A stretch of DNA of 64,000 nt from Nitrosopumilaceae archaeon. GTDB taxonomy: Archaea > Thermoproteota > Nitrososphaeria > Nitrososphaerales > Nitrosopumilaceae. The stretch spans positions 288,001 to 352,000 of the forward strand of contig OZ242365.1 of the NCBI GenBank assembly GCA_965208905.1, read 5' to 3'. Below the pieces are notes generated by a model. It saw only the letters and a program-made list of their open reading frames with translations, searched no databases and had not been told where the DNA came from. Positions 43,058 through 53,111 of this stretch are shown one piece after another. The translations under genes were made by a program, and so were the position numbers. Position 1 is the stretch's first letter. Each line of letters begins with the position of its first letter.

Positions 43058-43098
43058 AGTAGCGGTAAGGCTTTTATGGATTGTAAAAACCGCATATT

Positions 43099-43410
43099 AT
43101 GATGCCCAGTTGCCCTGAATGCACTGCCACCGAGAAGAAGAAGGTTCAAGCTAGATACGAAGCTAGTGTTCCCGAGGAGGATCGCCGACGTGATGATTTG
43201 TACAAACTCTTTGATGCCATAGACTTTCCCATGAAGGCGGATCCAAGCACTAAGCACTTTATCTGTAAACGATGTGGATTATACGCTACCAGAGAGCAAG
43301 TCTCCGATATACGAGCCAGACTGAACCGTCGGGTAAAGACCCGTCAGGACATACAGGATGATTATTTAGACTGGTGGCAAAAGAGCAAAAAAGACAAAAA
43401 TTTAGCTTGA
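43099..43410 (+). CDS. Small Zn-finger hypothetical protein
   Basis: CPEC ... CKRC; DYLDWWQ C-terminus. Confidence 0.75.
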   Translation: MMPSCPECTATEKKKVQARYEASVPEEDRRRDDLYKLFDAIDFPMKADPSTKHFICKRCGLYATREQVSDIRARLNRRVKTRQDIQDDYLDWWQKSKKDKNLA

Positions 43411-43412
43411 TA

Positions 43413-44177
43413 TTATTTATTAATTGATTTTCTAAAGACTTTAGCTATTATACTATCTGTTAGAAACGGTATTGCGTGTTTTATTATTACGCCGGCCCTG
43501 GCTATAGTGGGAACCGTTATCTCTGCCCGGGGAGAGTTTGAAGCTCGCAGTATGGCTTTGGCAACTGATTGTGGACTTAAAGCATATCCGGATTTGTCTA
43601 CAAATCCGGTGCGCACCATTATGGGACTGACCACCGTCACACCTATACCGCTTTCTAATAATTCATGTCGCAGTCCCTCTGAAAATCCCAGCATTGCAGA
43701 TTTTGATGCGCAGTATGCAGATATCATGGGAAGTCCAAAACTGGCGGCTAGTGATGCCACATTGACTATGTGCCCACTCCCCCTTTGCACCATATGTGGT
43801 AAAAGACCCTTTGTCATGTATACCATACCAAAATAATTTGTATTCATTATTTGTTTTATTTTAGAAATATCTGTATTTATGACAGTATCAATCTCTATTA
43901 TGCCTGCATTATTTACCAATATGTCGGGGCAGCCTATCTGGTCCAGTACGCGTTTTATAGTCTGGTTTACCTGTTGTTGATCTGTTACATCACATTTTAT
44001 TATAGTTATTTGGCCATTATCTTTTTTTATTTTTTTGTATAACGACTCTAAGAGATCTTCTCTTCGTGCTATGGCGATTACATGGGCCTTTTTATTGGCA
44101 AAGAGCAAGCTCGTTTCCCATCCTATACCTGAAGATGCACCGGTTACAAGGACTATTTTGTCATCAAATTTGGCCAT
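43413..44177 (-). CDS. Short-chain dehydrogenase/reductase
   Basis: TGASSGIG, NNAG, YCASK. Confidence 0.9.
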   Translation of the reverse strand: MAKFDDKIVLVTGASSGIGWETSLLFANKKAHVIAIARREDLLESLYKKIKKDNGQITIIKCDVTDQQQVNQTIKRVLDQIGCPDILVNNAGIIEIDTVINTDISKIKQIMNTNYFGMVYMTKGLLPHMVQRGSGHIVNVASLAASFGLPMISAYCASKSAMLGFSEGLRHELLESGIGVTVVSPIMVRTGFVDKSGYALSPQSVAKAILRASNSPRAEITVPTIARAGVIIKHAIPFLTDSIIAKVFRKSINK

Positions 44178-44564
44178 GTATCATATTGTCGCATATGGGT
44201 TATTTTGATTTTTTTATCACATGCATGAGATATAGACTATGGCAATCAATTCGACACTAATCGTGGAGTAATTCTTCTTTCCATAGAAACATGCCTGAAG
44301 CCTCAGAGATGCGTTGGCATCTTTCTCTTTTTTGCATATTTCACGTATTGTTATATTGGCATGAAGTCGTCACCTTTGGGAAGTCATTTGTTATTTATCA
44401 TAAAATTAGTAGTTCACACCGGTACTGTATATAGTAGGTTTTTATGCGAATTTAAATTATGACTTTGTAAGAACTTCAATCATGGCCACCATACAGTAGT
44501 GTTGATGTAAAAGTGAATTTTTATTAAGTATTTATTTTTATTTTTTAAAAAAATAAGTTATTTC

Positions 44565-45332
44565 CTAAATTACCAAAGAAAGAATGTTAGACGTAAACTC
44601 TCCAATATTGGTAGTATACAAGACAATGATACCCATCACCATGCTAAATACTCCTGCCGCATACCTAAAGAGTAATCGTACCCTCTTATGACGGCCTGCC
44701 AATACCAAAGGAATACCCAATAGACCACCCACCAGAGACATTCCAATTGTGGCACCTAAACCAAAGACAAGTGTGAATGCCAGTACAATGTCAGGCCCTT
44801 CCAGTGTAGCGGCAGTCAAGACTATAACGCCTCCACTTCCGGCTAGACCATGCACAAGTCCTATTATGTATGACTTGTGGGTATGGTGGTGTATTCCATT
44901 ATTATGCTCATGTTCGTGGGAATGAACTATTCCATTATTATGCCTGTGAAGGTGCTTGTGAGCAAATTCTAAAGGTGTCTTACCAAACACTACAGTTACA
45001 CCCAATATTAACAGTATCACACCCACCAGTATCTCTAGTCCAGAAAACATCCAACCTTGAATTAGTGATGCGGCCACATAAGCCAGTATTGAAAACAGTG
45101 CCAAAGTTGTGGCATGACCTGCTCCCCATACTGCACCCAGTATGGAGAAGCGTTGCATACTCTCTCGAATTCTTGTTCGTCGTGATTTGTCGACATGTTC
45201 TGCTCTAGCACTTAGGGCGCTCACTGTGGCAATATGATCTGGTTCCAGCGCATGCTGTAAACCCAAAATCAAACCCAGTCCCAATGCAAATGCAGGTGTA
45301 AGCATACCCACATCTGGAGATACATCCACCAT
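44565..45332 (-). CDS. Nickel/cobalt permease (UreH/HoxN-like)
   Basis: HALEPDH, WGAGH, His-rich loop, GLVHGLAGS. Confidence 0.85.
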   Translation of the reverse strand: MVDVSPDVGMLTPAFALGLGLILGLQHALEPDHIATVSALSARAEHVDKSRRTRIRESMQRFSILGAVWGAGHATTLALFSILAYVAASLIQGWMFSGLEILVGVILLILGVTVVFGKTPLEFAHKHLHRHNNGIVHSHEHEHNNGIHHHTHKSYIIGLVHGLAGSGGVIVLTAATLEGPDIVLAFTLVFGLGATIGMSLVGGLLGIPLVLAGRHKRVRLLFRYAAGVFSMVMGIIVLYTTNIGEFTSNILSLVI

Positions 45333-45789
45333 GTATGGTGTGTAGCATAGTATATTAAATTTGTAGGAATAAATTAACAGTGCGTGTGGTTGAACGGGAT
45401 AATAGTGGCAAAGTCATCAGAAATTTAGTGGCCAAGACTGGTAGGAGTATTGAACCTCAATTGTGTGTGCGCACCGACTATATCAGAACAACGCCGTATG
45501 GGCCATGTCGTGATGTTATATCACTAAAATTATAACACGTTATGGGAGGAAAACCAGCATGAGTGATACCCGTCAGATAATATAGGCACTGCGCATCTTT
45601 AAAGGCGTTACAACAATACAAACCATATGGACAAGCAGTACGCCATGGCAGTCATATTGATACTAATCGGCTAGGACTGACTCAGATTGGTGGCGGGCAG
45701 GCGATATTTCTTTTTGGTCTGGGTATTAGTGTTGTCATTATGGCTATAGTGTGAATTGTGGTCATCATAATCAAGGATATACGGCGTAA

Positions 45790-46100
45790 CTAGTAGTGAT
45801 GCATCTGTTTCTGTTCAATGCCCTCCTGCTCCCAGTAGTTGTGGTTTCTTCCGGGGTCTTTGTGAGTATGAACCTTACCATCAATGTGGGACTGTGTATT
45901 ATCCATTATGTCCTTCATGAATACATCATCGACTCTCAGTATTTGGTTGGCGGCCTCTACAGCAGCCTTTAGGGCCCTGTCTCTTTACTGCGCAAGTATC
46001 CACTATATTGCGTATATGTTTTACACTGTGAGATATTGTATCAATACTCCATCTACCACAAGTAATGATAGGCAGGTTCAGCCATACCCCACAAGACGCT
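45790..46100 (-). pseudogene. C-terminal remnant of a group II chaperonin with His-rich tail
   Basis: IVDTCAVKRQ/(frameshift)ALKAAVEAANQILRVDDVFMK...HIDGKVHTHKD..HNY..QMHHY*; aligns with [15 protein letters not shown] of the thermosome at 53796-55490. Confidence 0.7.
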
Positions 46101-46108
46101 AAATTATA

Positions 46109-48631
46109 TCATTTATAGTTTAAAACTAGTTCACGTATATCATTCGCAGATATCTCATTATTTAGAGTCAGTGAGAGTATATTTAGCAAAGCATCATTCA
46201 GTTTGGGGTTTGTAAAGAGCATATCCGCATCACTAGTTGATATGTCATCAATACCATCATCTAGTAGCTGCAACATAACTCTTAGAAGCGTTACCCTTTC
46301 AGACTCGGTAAGACCAAGCAGGGCATCGTTGATTGCAGTATGACTACATATACCCGCCACAACATCCGAAGAGTAGACATCCGGTATTATCACATTATTA
46401 GATACGGCAAATAGTAGCAACGTGGCTGGGCATGTAGACTCGCCGGTCGGTATCATTATTTGATCCATACCCGTGGATGGCATCTCGCCTGTATGCACTA
46501 TTTCGCCATCGTGTGTCAAAAAGTAGCGCAGTGTATCAGTACCCATTGAGTCTACATTTATGATGAGGGATTCATTTGAGGATGCAGCATCAAACTCAAC
46601 ACTAGTTACATGTGGATATGTAGGTTCAACGAAATGAGACCACATTCCGACTTTATACGGATAAGAGTCATCTCTGAACTCCCGTATTAGGGCTATACCA
46701 TCTTTATCATTGTATGATGAAAGATAAAATGATCCATGACCAATCTCGGCGTGGCCGTGTTGGTCTATCCACTTTATGCTGGCCAAATACCTATCAGTGT
46801 AATACGAGTTGTCCAGGCCGGCTATGGCTTTTGGAGCTATGGCATAATTTGCGAAATGTTCTAGGTATGCACGAATTAGGATAACATCATCACTATCAAT
46901 CACAGACAACCATGGGACACTCTTGCTGGTGGACTCGGTCGACGAAAATGCTCCCTTATCATCTTTAACAATCTGCTCCATTGCAAAGAATATCTCCCAT
47001 GGTGTGCTTGTCCATCGTGTGGCCGTGGTTCCAATCTCATCTTCATCAAAGTGCCAATAGTTGACATACACCTCTAGTGTGTCATCATCTAGTTGGCGAA
47101 CTGCTACAAAGGTGTCTTCAAGGAACGGTCCTACTGTAGTCGTATACTCAGAGTCTTTTGTATTGTCTGAGACTCCAGTGTTAGTACCCCATTCATACAT
47201 AAAGTAAACACCAAAGAGTATGTCCCGCATGTCAATGGTAGGGCCATGATGCCAATCACTGAAGGTGTAATCCATCGTTACAACACTAATAGCAGTGGTA
47301 CCAGAGCCTACAGGGGTCCATTTTTGTATGTATGAATTCCAAGTTATGGCATCAGAGGGCACTTCCAAGGTGCCATCAGGGCCAGCAGTGTCAACTGAGC
47401 GTTCTACTCTCACTGGGATTATACCACCAGTATATGGATGTGAGATTGCTGCAGAGTCTGAGAGAGGGTTGACTATATGGCGACTGTACACATCACCGTA
47501 TCCGGCCACAGGGTTCCAGGATGACTGGCCAAGATGTTTCATGCCAACTCGGAGTACAACATCACCTGTCTGAACATTGTTTAAAGTGAGAGGGTTGGTT
47601 ATGCCGCCACTTACAGAGTTTATCACACCTTTAACATTATTGTTCACTACAAATGTGTCATATGGTGCAGCCACAAATACGCGCACTGCCTCCTGTACGC
47701 CCAAAGTTAGAGCCTCGCGGAGCAGTTGTGTACGTTCATCCTCGTCTTCATATTCACCATTATACACTGTACGGGTGATTCTATCGAGTTTGTCGTTCTC
47801 ATATGACCAAAATTCAGGGTTCTGAGCGCCAGGCATATTGGTACGCCATGGTGCATAGAATACTGCCAAACTACTATCATCATACTTGTTAAAACTGCCT
47901 CCCCAACCTTCCGTATATACATGCCAGCCTAAATCTGCGGGATTAGAGCCATATACCACCTCGTATGCCAGTGCCAGGTTCCCATACATTCTCTCCACTA
48001 CAAACCCCATATTCTCAAGATTAGAGGCTAGTGTGTTCCCAATGGAGTGTCGTATCGGGTCATCATCCCGGATAAATAACTTTAGTGTGACAGGTTTGTC
48101 ATCCATCATCCAGACATCTTTCTTCATGGTGGCGCCAGCTTCGGTCATGGCGGCATCAATCATTGTCTTGGCGGCGGCTAGATTGTACTGTATACCAAAG
48201 GATGCAATCGGCTCTAACATTCTGGTGTAGTCAGGATCAAATGGTGCATAGGGGGATATAATAGCGGAGCCGTACCCATCCAGTAGTTGGGATACAATAT
48301 CTTCTCTGTCTATCATGTAATTTATGGCAGACCGTATCTTTGTAATGCTAAATGGATTAAATTCATCAGTAGGTGCTGGATTCAACAGTATGCTAAGGGT
48401 ACCTCCAGCTGGGTTTGTGTATACATCAAGGTTGTCAAATCCTTCCAAGAGATGCGCAGGTACATTATGATAGTACATATCTAATAGGCCATCATCAACC
48501 AGTTCCAGGGCATGCTCGGCACTGTCCACACGATAGAACAGTACAGAGTCAACGTAGGGAAGGGCTGCAGCTGATGATACTGTCGATACTACGCATAATA
48601 GAGCAGTCAGTACTAAGATCTGCGTATTCAC
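46109..48631 (-). CDS. Family 5 (peptide/nickel) ABC solute-binding protein with acidic C-terminal extension
   Basis: Signal peptide; NPF...IRSAINYMIDRE, YTEGW, WHHG..I...DI. Confidence 0.8.
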   Translation of the reverse strand: MNTQILVLTALLCVVSTVSSAAALPYVDSVLFYRVDSAEHALELVDDGLLDMYYHNVPAHLLEGFDNLDVYTNPAGGTLSILLNPAPTDEFNPFSITKIRSAINYMIDREDIVSQLLDGYGSAIISPYAPFDPDYTRMLEPIASFGIQYNLAAAKTMIDAAMTEAGATMKKDVWMMDDKPVTLKLFIRDDDPIRHSIGNTLASNLENMGFVVERMYGNLALAYEVVYGSNPADLGWHVYTEGWGGSFNKYDDSSLAVFYAPWRTNMPGAQNPEFWSYENDKLDRITRTVYNGEYEDEDERTQLLREALTLGVQEAVRVFVAAPYDTFVVNNNVKGVINSVSGGITNPLTLNNVQTGDVVLRVGMKHLGQSSWNPVAGYGDVYSRHIVNPLSDSAAISHPYTGGIIPVRVERSVDTAGPDGTLEVPSDAITWNSYIQKWTPVGSGTTAISVVTMDYTFSDWHHGPTIDMRDILFGVYFMYEWGTNTGVSDNTKDSEYTTTVGPFLEDTFVAVRQLDDDTLEVYVNYWHFDEDEIGTTATRWTSTPWEIFFAMEQIVKDDKGAFSSTESTSKSVPWLSVIDSDDVILIRAYLEHFANYAIAPKAIAGLDNSYYTDRYLASIKWIDQHGHAEIGHGSFYLSSYNDKDGIALIREFRDDSYPYKVGMWSHFVEPTYPHVTSVEFDAASSNESLIINVDSMGTDTLRYFLTHDGEIVHTGEMPSTGMDQIMIPTGESTCPATLLLFAVSNNVIIPDVYSSDVVAGICSHTAINDALLGLTESERVTLLRVMLQLLDDGIDDISTSDADMLFTNPKLNDALLNILSLTLNNEISANDIRELVLNYK

Positions 48632-48720
48632 GGTTCTAAATGCATAATTGTATGTTAAAAGCGTTTTGAAGAGTTATATGGGAATCACATGTTTGAGTCC
48701 GAGCGATACTATGATGGTAT

Positions 48721-48860
48721 GGTTCTTGTGCAAACACGGTTGTTTCCCAGCTTGCAACATTACCCATCACGCCAGAGAACGATGGTACATGGAACACCTC
48801 GCTCTTTGGCATGACGTGTAATGTGGTGGGCGCAGTATCAACCGTATTTACGAGAGAACC
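48721..48860. mobile_element. Degenerate MITE-like element (140 bp) with GGTTCT ends
   Basis: GGTTCTTGTGCAAACACGGTTG at 48721-48742 vs reverse complement of 48839-48860 GGTTCTCTCGTAAATACGGTTG (17/22); no TSD visible. Confidence 0.5.
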
Positions 48861-48982
48861 TAAATTCTGTCAATTGGTAGTCTATCGTCTTATGAAGTGG
48901 GAGACTAAAACATTAGAGCAGATAATACAGGACACTAAAGGTGAATACAGATTATGTTCGGCAACGACATTTCAGACGAGTG

Positions 48983-50440
48983 TCACACATCAAAGTACAG
49001 GTAGAACTCGTGGGGATGGGGCCGTACAGATATCTCCAATTGATCTTGCTTTCCCAACTCTATCAGTCTCTCAATAACATCGTGAGTAAATATTGGATTT
49101 AGAAAGTCACAGTCACTCTCTAGCGAGTCTAGTGCTTCACCCAAAGTAGCTGGTAATGTATCTATACCCCTCTGCCTACGTTCCTTCTTACTCATCTTGA
49201 AGATGTCTTCCTGAACGGGGTCAGCAGGACTTGTCTTCTTTCTGACACCATCCATACCCGCAGCAGTAACTGCTGAAAAGACCAGATACGGATTTGATGA
49301 CGGATCCGGTGCTCTAAACTCCAGCCGTTTCAATTTGGCATGTCTAGAACCCTTGAAGTGTTTTGGTACACGAACTATTGCAGAACGGTTACTTGAACTC
49401 CATGCAATATAGGCAGGAGCTTCATAGCCAGGAACCAGTCGATGATAAGAGTTTGTAGTAGGATTACAGATTGCAGATAGTGCTTTTGCGTGATCCATAA
49501 TGCCCCCACAAAAGTACAAGGCCAACTGGCTTAATTCATCAGGCGCATTCTCATCAAAGAATGCGTTCTCATCACCCTTCCAAAGACTGACGTTGGTGTG
49601 CATACCGCTTCCCGCATCCATGGTTATAGGTTTGGGCATCATCGTGGCCACCTTGTTGAATTTTTGCGCCACGTTTCTGACAATAAACTTGTAGGACTGG
49701 GCCGAGTCGGCGGCATTGGTCAGCTTATCATACATAATATCTATCTCACATTGACCTGCAGTAGCCACTTCATGGTGATGATTATCACATAATATGCCAA
49801 AACTAGAGTTCAGTATGTTGACACACTCATTACGGAAGGGTGTCAATGTGTCTGAAGGAGTGCTAGGATAGTAGCCGCGTTTGAGTCCCATCGGATAGCC
49901 AGTACCCTCCTGATTCCATGGAGCTTCTTGGGATTCTATAGAGTAAGACTGTCCTTTATAGGGTGTCAATACATCCCAATGTATCTTATCAAAGACAAAG
50001 AATTCAACTTCCGGACCCCAAAAGCTCCCGTATCCGGCATCTGTAATGAATTGTTCAGCCTTTTGCGCAATACCTCTAGGATCTCGGGACAGCCTTCCGC
50101 GACCCTCGCCCCAGTATACATCACAGATTAACCGTGCTGTCCTGTTTTCGGTAAGCCAGGGTATTATGGCGTATGTGTTTGGGTCAGGCTTTAGTACAAG
50201 ATCTGAATCCTCTATGCTGGCAAATCCCACTATGGATGAACCGTCCAGCTTTGGTAGACCGTATTTCATCTGCTCTGGAGTAAAGGTCTTTCTGGATATT
50301 GTGGTGTGATGGAAACGGCCAGGTAGGCTGGTAAACTGCATATCAATGAATCTAATCCTGTCCTGTTCTAGCATCTCAAATACTTGTTCTGAAGTGTATG
50401 TGATACGTTTAGGGTCTCCACCGTTGAATCTGTAAGGCAA
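48983..50440 (-). CDS. glnA: Glutamine synthetase type I
   Basis: DGSSI.GF, GPEVEFF, HHEVA, MPKP...GSGMH, RLVPGYEAP, RLEFRAPD. Confidence 0.95.
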   Translation of the reverse strand: MPYRFNGGDPKRITYTSEQVFEMLEQDRIRFIDMQFTSLPGRFHHTTISRKTFTPEQMKYGLPKLDGSSIVGFASIEDSDLVLKPDPNTYAIIPWLTENRTARLICDVYWGEGRGRLSRDPRGIAQKAEQFITDAGYGSFWGPEVEFFVFDKIHWDVLTPYKGQSYSIESQEAPWNQEGTGYPMGLKRGYYPSTPSDTLTPFRNECVNILNSSFGILCDNHHHEVATAGQCEIDIMYDKLTNAADSAQSYKFIVRNVAQKFNKVATMMPKPITMDAGSGMHTNVSLWKGDENAFFDENAPDELSQLALYFCGGIMDHAKALSAICNPTTNSYHRLVPGYEAPAYIAWSSSNRSAIVRVPKHFKGSRHAKLKRLEFRAPDPSSNPYLVFSAVTAAGMDGVRKKTSPADPVQEDIFKMSKKERRQRGIDTLPATLGEALDSLESDCDFLNPIFTHDVIERLIELGKQDQLEISVRPHPHEFYLYFDV

Positions 50441-50487
50441 TTATTAATTCAGTTATATAGAACCGTGATTTAAGCTTTAAGAACAAC

Positions 50488-51036
50488 ATGGGAGATATTA
50501 CTGTAAACCAACTGCACGGAATTGTCTTGCGTGAATCGGAGAGTGATGCCATATTAGAGATAGATGCCAATACATATCAGAGTATATCAGAGCTTTTGAG
50601 TCGTCTACGAAGACAAGCCTTTGATGGTATGGAGAATGATCTACGAGACAGTCTGGTGAATGCAATGTCTGATCTAAGTGGAATGTTGTTGCGCATGCGA
50701 TTGGAGAAAGCCTCTAAATCTGCTAATGTAGACACCAACAATTTGGTGGACGAGGAGAGATACATTCTGGATGCTTATGAGGAACAACAAGAGAGATTGG
50801 CCTTGGTAGCCGCAGCAACATCCAAGGGGAAGACGCAGTTGCTGAAATATGTTTCAGATAGATATAGAAGTAGAATGATCACGGTGAGACTTCTCAAAGA
50901 TGTTGATACATTGACCGGATCAGACTATGAGTCTTATGGTCCCTTTGAGGCAGAAGATGTTGCGACCATTCCATATGTCAACGCGCGAGCATTGATGTCG
51001 CAGGGCAGCGCCACTCGTATCAGATGGACGGGTTGA
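50488..51036 (+). CDS. GINS complex subunit (Gins51-like)
   Basis: Helical A domain (RLEKA..NL..EE) followed by B domain YGPFEAEDVATIP..NA..L. Confidence 0.75.
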   Translation: MGDITVNQLHGIVLRESESDAILEIDANTYQSISELLSRLRRQAFDGMENDLRDSLVNAMSDLSGMLLRMRLEKASKSANVDTNNLVDEERYILDAYEEQQERLALVAAATSKGKTQLLKYVSDRYRSRMITVRLLKDVDTLTGSDYESYGPFEAEDVATIPYVNARALMSQGSATRIRWTG

Positions 51037-51104
51037 ATTAGTACAGCTCGTCTGTCTTGTCACACCCATGGATTAAATAAATGAGGCACATCTACTGAAG
51101 CGTA

Positions 51105-51389
51105 GTGTCTCATACGGGTGTGGATGTAATAGATTTTCTATACTATACAATATATCCCGTACTAGGTATATTCGTGGTAGAAGGAATCAGCCGTCTGGCA
51201 CGAATACCAAAGTGGATAAAGTTGTGGGCACAAGCAGGGGTCTCCATGGGGTTTGGTATATATTATTGGTTCATACTGCCAGCCCCCCAAAACTTTCCAC
51301 TGACAGGTCTTGTATTACTCGCTTTAGCTGCAGCCCTCATATATCAGGGTAAGCGCGCCCGCATCTCTCCAGACAAGAGTCCATACTAA
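51105..51389 (+). CDS. Small membrane protein (3 TM)
   Basis: Three hydrophobic segments; TTAAATA upstream. Confidence 0.7.
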   Translation: MSHTGVDVIDFLYYTIYPVLGIFVVEGISRLARIPKWIKLWAQAGVSMGFGIYYWFILPAPQNFPLTGLVLLALAAALIYQGKRARISPDKSPY

Positions 51390-51604
51390 CGTCCCAGAAA
51401 TCGTTTAAAGAAGCCCTTTTTGTCGGTATTACCGTCTCGTATAACCTTCTTTTGACCAAACTTTTTTGCCCGTATGAGTGTAAGTTTTACGCATCGGTGC
51501 TCTTCAGGAAGGCGATGTTCTGGGCAAAAGTAGTCCCCACAGTAGTTACATTGAAACGGCATATCGGTCATCTCTCCACAGTAACAACACCGCTCTTGCA
51601 TCAT
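51386..51604 (-). CDS. AN1-type zinc finger protein
   Basis: C..C....MPFQCNYC..YFC.EHRLPEEHRC. Confidence 0.85.
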   Translation of the reverse strand: MMQERCCYCGEMTDMPFQCNYCGDYFCPEHRLPEEHRCVKLTLIRAKKFGQKKVIRDGNTDKKGFFKRFLGR

Positions 51605-51643
51605 AATGCAAGAATAGCTCTTCTAACTAATATAGTTTCAAGA

Positions 51644-53109
51644 GGGAATTATATACAAAAGTACACAACCCCAATTCTGAGAGTTAATGCCTGAACCACG
51701 GATCGCGTCCATACAACTCCCCTTAAATACCAGCATACCGTATTATATATTATGATACGAATAGTTAAGGTACCGCTACGGAGAGATGTGCGGTTCGCGG
51801 AGTGGGCGCACCGCACGAATCATGCGTCAAGATATGTGTACAACCGCGCCGTATCAGAGTATTTGTTTGGCGGCGAATACATGGAGAGGGTGGTAGTGGA
51901 CATCCTGCAGCCCTTTAAACTACCGGGCAAGCTGGATTTTACATCAGGTATGCTGGACGATGACTACCATACATATGATTTTGGGCCGTCAAAGAGGGCA
52001 TTAAAGTACGGCATGTTCAAGCAGCTTACGGAGTGGCGCGCTGAACATGCATGGGTATCTGACTTGCCTATGGTGTTTGGCAGGGGCGCCATACAGGATG
52101 CCTCCGTCGCATGTAGACGAGTTGTAGATGACAACTCCGGCCACGCGCCATACCGCCGCAAAGATGGCCGCATCATACTTAGTTCCGTTACACCGCCTGT
52201 ACGGAAAGATAGCCATACGGTACATATCCCCGGATATGGTATTGTAGAGACCGCCAATCCCATCAATGTATTATGGGACATGCGGTCATTCAAGATAGTT
52301 GATGTTACCAAACGGGTGGACAAGCATACCGTACAATCAGACCACATGTTTGAGCTGCATATTGCCATATATGAACCGATGGAACCGCACCGTACTACGG
52401 GTACAATACGGGGTGTCGATGTGGGAGGCAAGCACCTCGCCGTCACGGTAGATACGGACGGCAACGTTACAATACACAACACCCGCCATAGAGCAATCCT
52501 GCGGGAGATTGACGCTCTCAAGAGTTTGCGCGACCGCAAGACACGGCATGGCCGGAAGTGGCATATATTGAATGACCAAATAAAGCGGCTATACAGGAAG
52601 GCCAACAACATAGCTGCGAACACCATAAATCAGACGATTGTACAGATAACCAATGGTGTGGACGCAGTCGTGGTCGAATCGCTCTCCGTAAAGGATATGA
52701 CCACCCATGGCGGGAATTACAAACGCGCCATGAACCGTTCAATGCGGGAGAACCATGTTGGGGAGTTCCTGCGCAAGCTTGCGCAGTGGTGTGATATACA
52801 CAACATACCGCTGTTGGGGGCATCGGCCAAATATACGAGCCAGACGTGCCATGTGTGTGGGACGGTGGATGCCGAGTCGCGTATATCACGCGACAAATTC
52901 ATTTGCACTAATTGTACCAGGGTATTCCACGCGGATGTCAATGCCGCCTGGAATATTCTGTATAGGGCGGCGGGGAAGATCGTCCTAAGACGGCCAGGGC
53001 ACAAGGAGGACTACAAGCCAACACCTTCTATGCTCCACTGTATACAGAAAAGTCGTCAGAAAAGGCATGAGTGTACAGCCGAGGCTGTGTACTTTTGTAT
53101 ATAATTCCC
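51644..53109 (+). mobile_element. Non-autonomous TIR element (1466 bp) carrying only tnpB; perfect 24-bp TIRs, 8-bp TSD TTTCAAGA
   Basis: GGGAATTATATACAAAAGTACACA at 51644-51667 and its exact reverse complement at 53086-53109; TTTCAAGA at 51636-51643 and 53110-53117. Confidence 0.92.
51752..53104 (+). CDS. tnpB: TnpB-like RNA-guided nuclease
   Basis: RYVYNRAV helix, RuvC-I GVDVG, RuvC-II VVESL, TSQTCHVCG...CTNC, RuvC-III HADVNAA; stop codon lies inside the right TIR; TTAAATA box upstream. Confidence 0.9.
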   Translation: MIRIVKVPLRRDVRFAEWAHRTNHASRYVYNRAVSEYLFGGEYMERVVVDILQPFKLPGKLDFTSGMLDDDYHTYDFGPSKRALKYGMFKQLTEWRAEHAWVSDLPMVFGRGAIQDASVACRRVVDDNSGHAPYRRKDGRIILSSVTPPVRKDSHTVHIPGYGIVETANPINVLWDMRSFKIVDVTKRVDKHTVQSDHMFELHIAIYEPMEPHRTTGTIRGVDVGGKHLAVTVDTDGNVTIHNTRHRAILREIDALKSLRDRKTRHGRKWHILNDQIKRLYRKANNIAANTINQTIVQITNGVDAVVVESLSVKDMTTHGGNYKRAMNRSMRENHVGEFLRKLAQWCDIHNIPLLGASAKYTSQTCHVCGTVDAESRISRDKFICTNCTRVFHADVNAAWNILYRAAGKIVLRRPGHKEDYKPTPSMLHCIQKSRQKRHECTAEAVYFCI

Positions 53110-53111
53110 TT

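Noticed and set aside
45480-45560. Possible further relic of the element A 3' end (GAACAACGCCGTAT...GGGAGGAAAACC)
   Set aside because: Only two short matching blocks; not distinguishable from chance without an alignment statistic.
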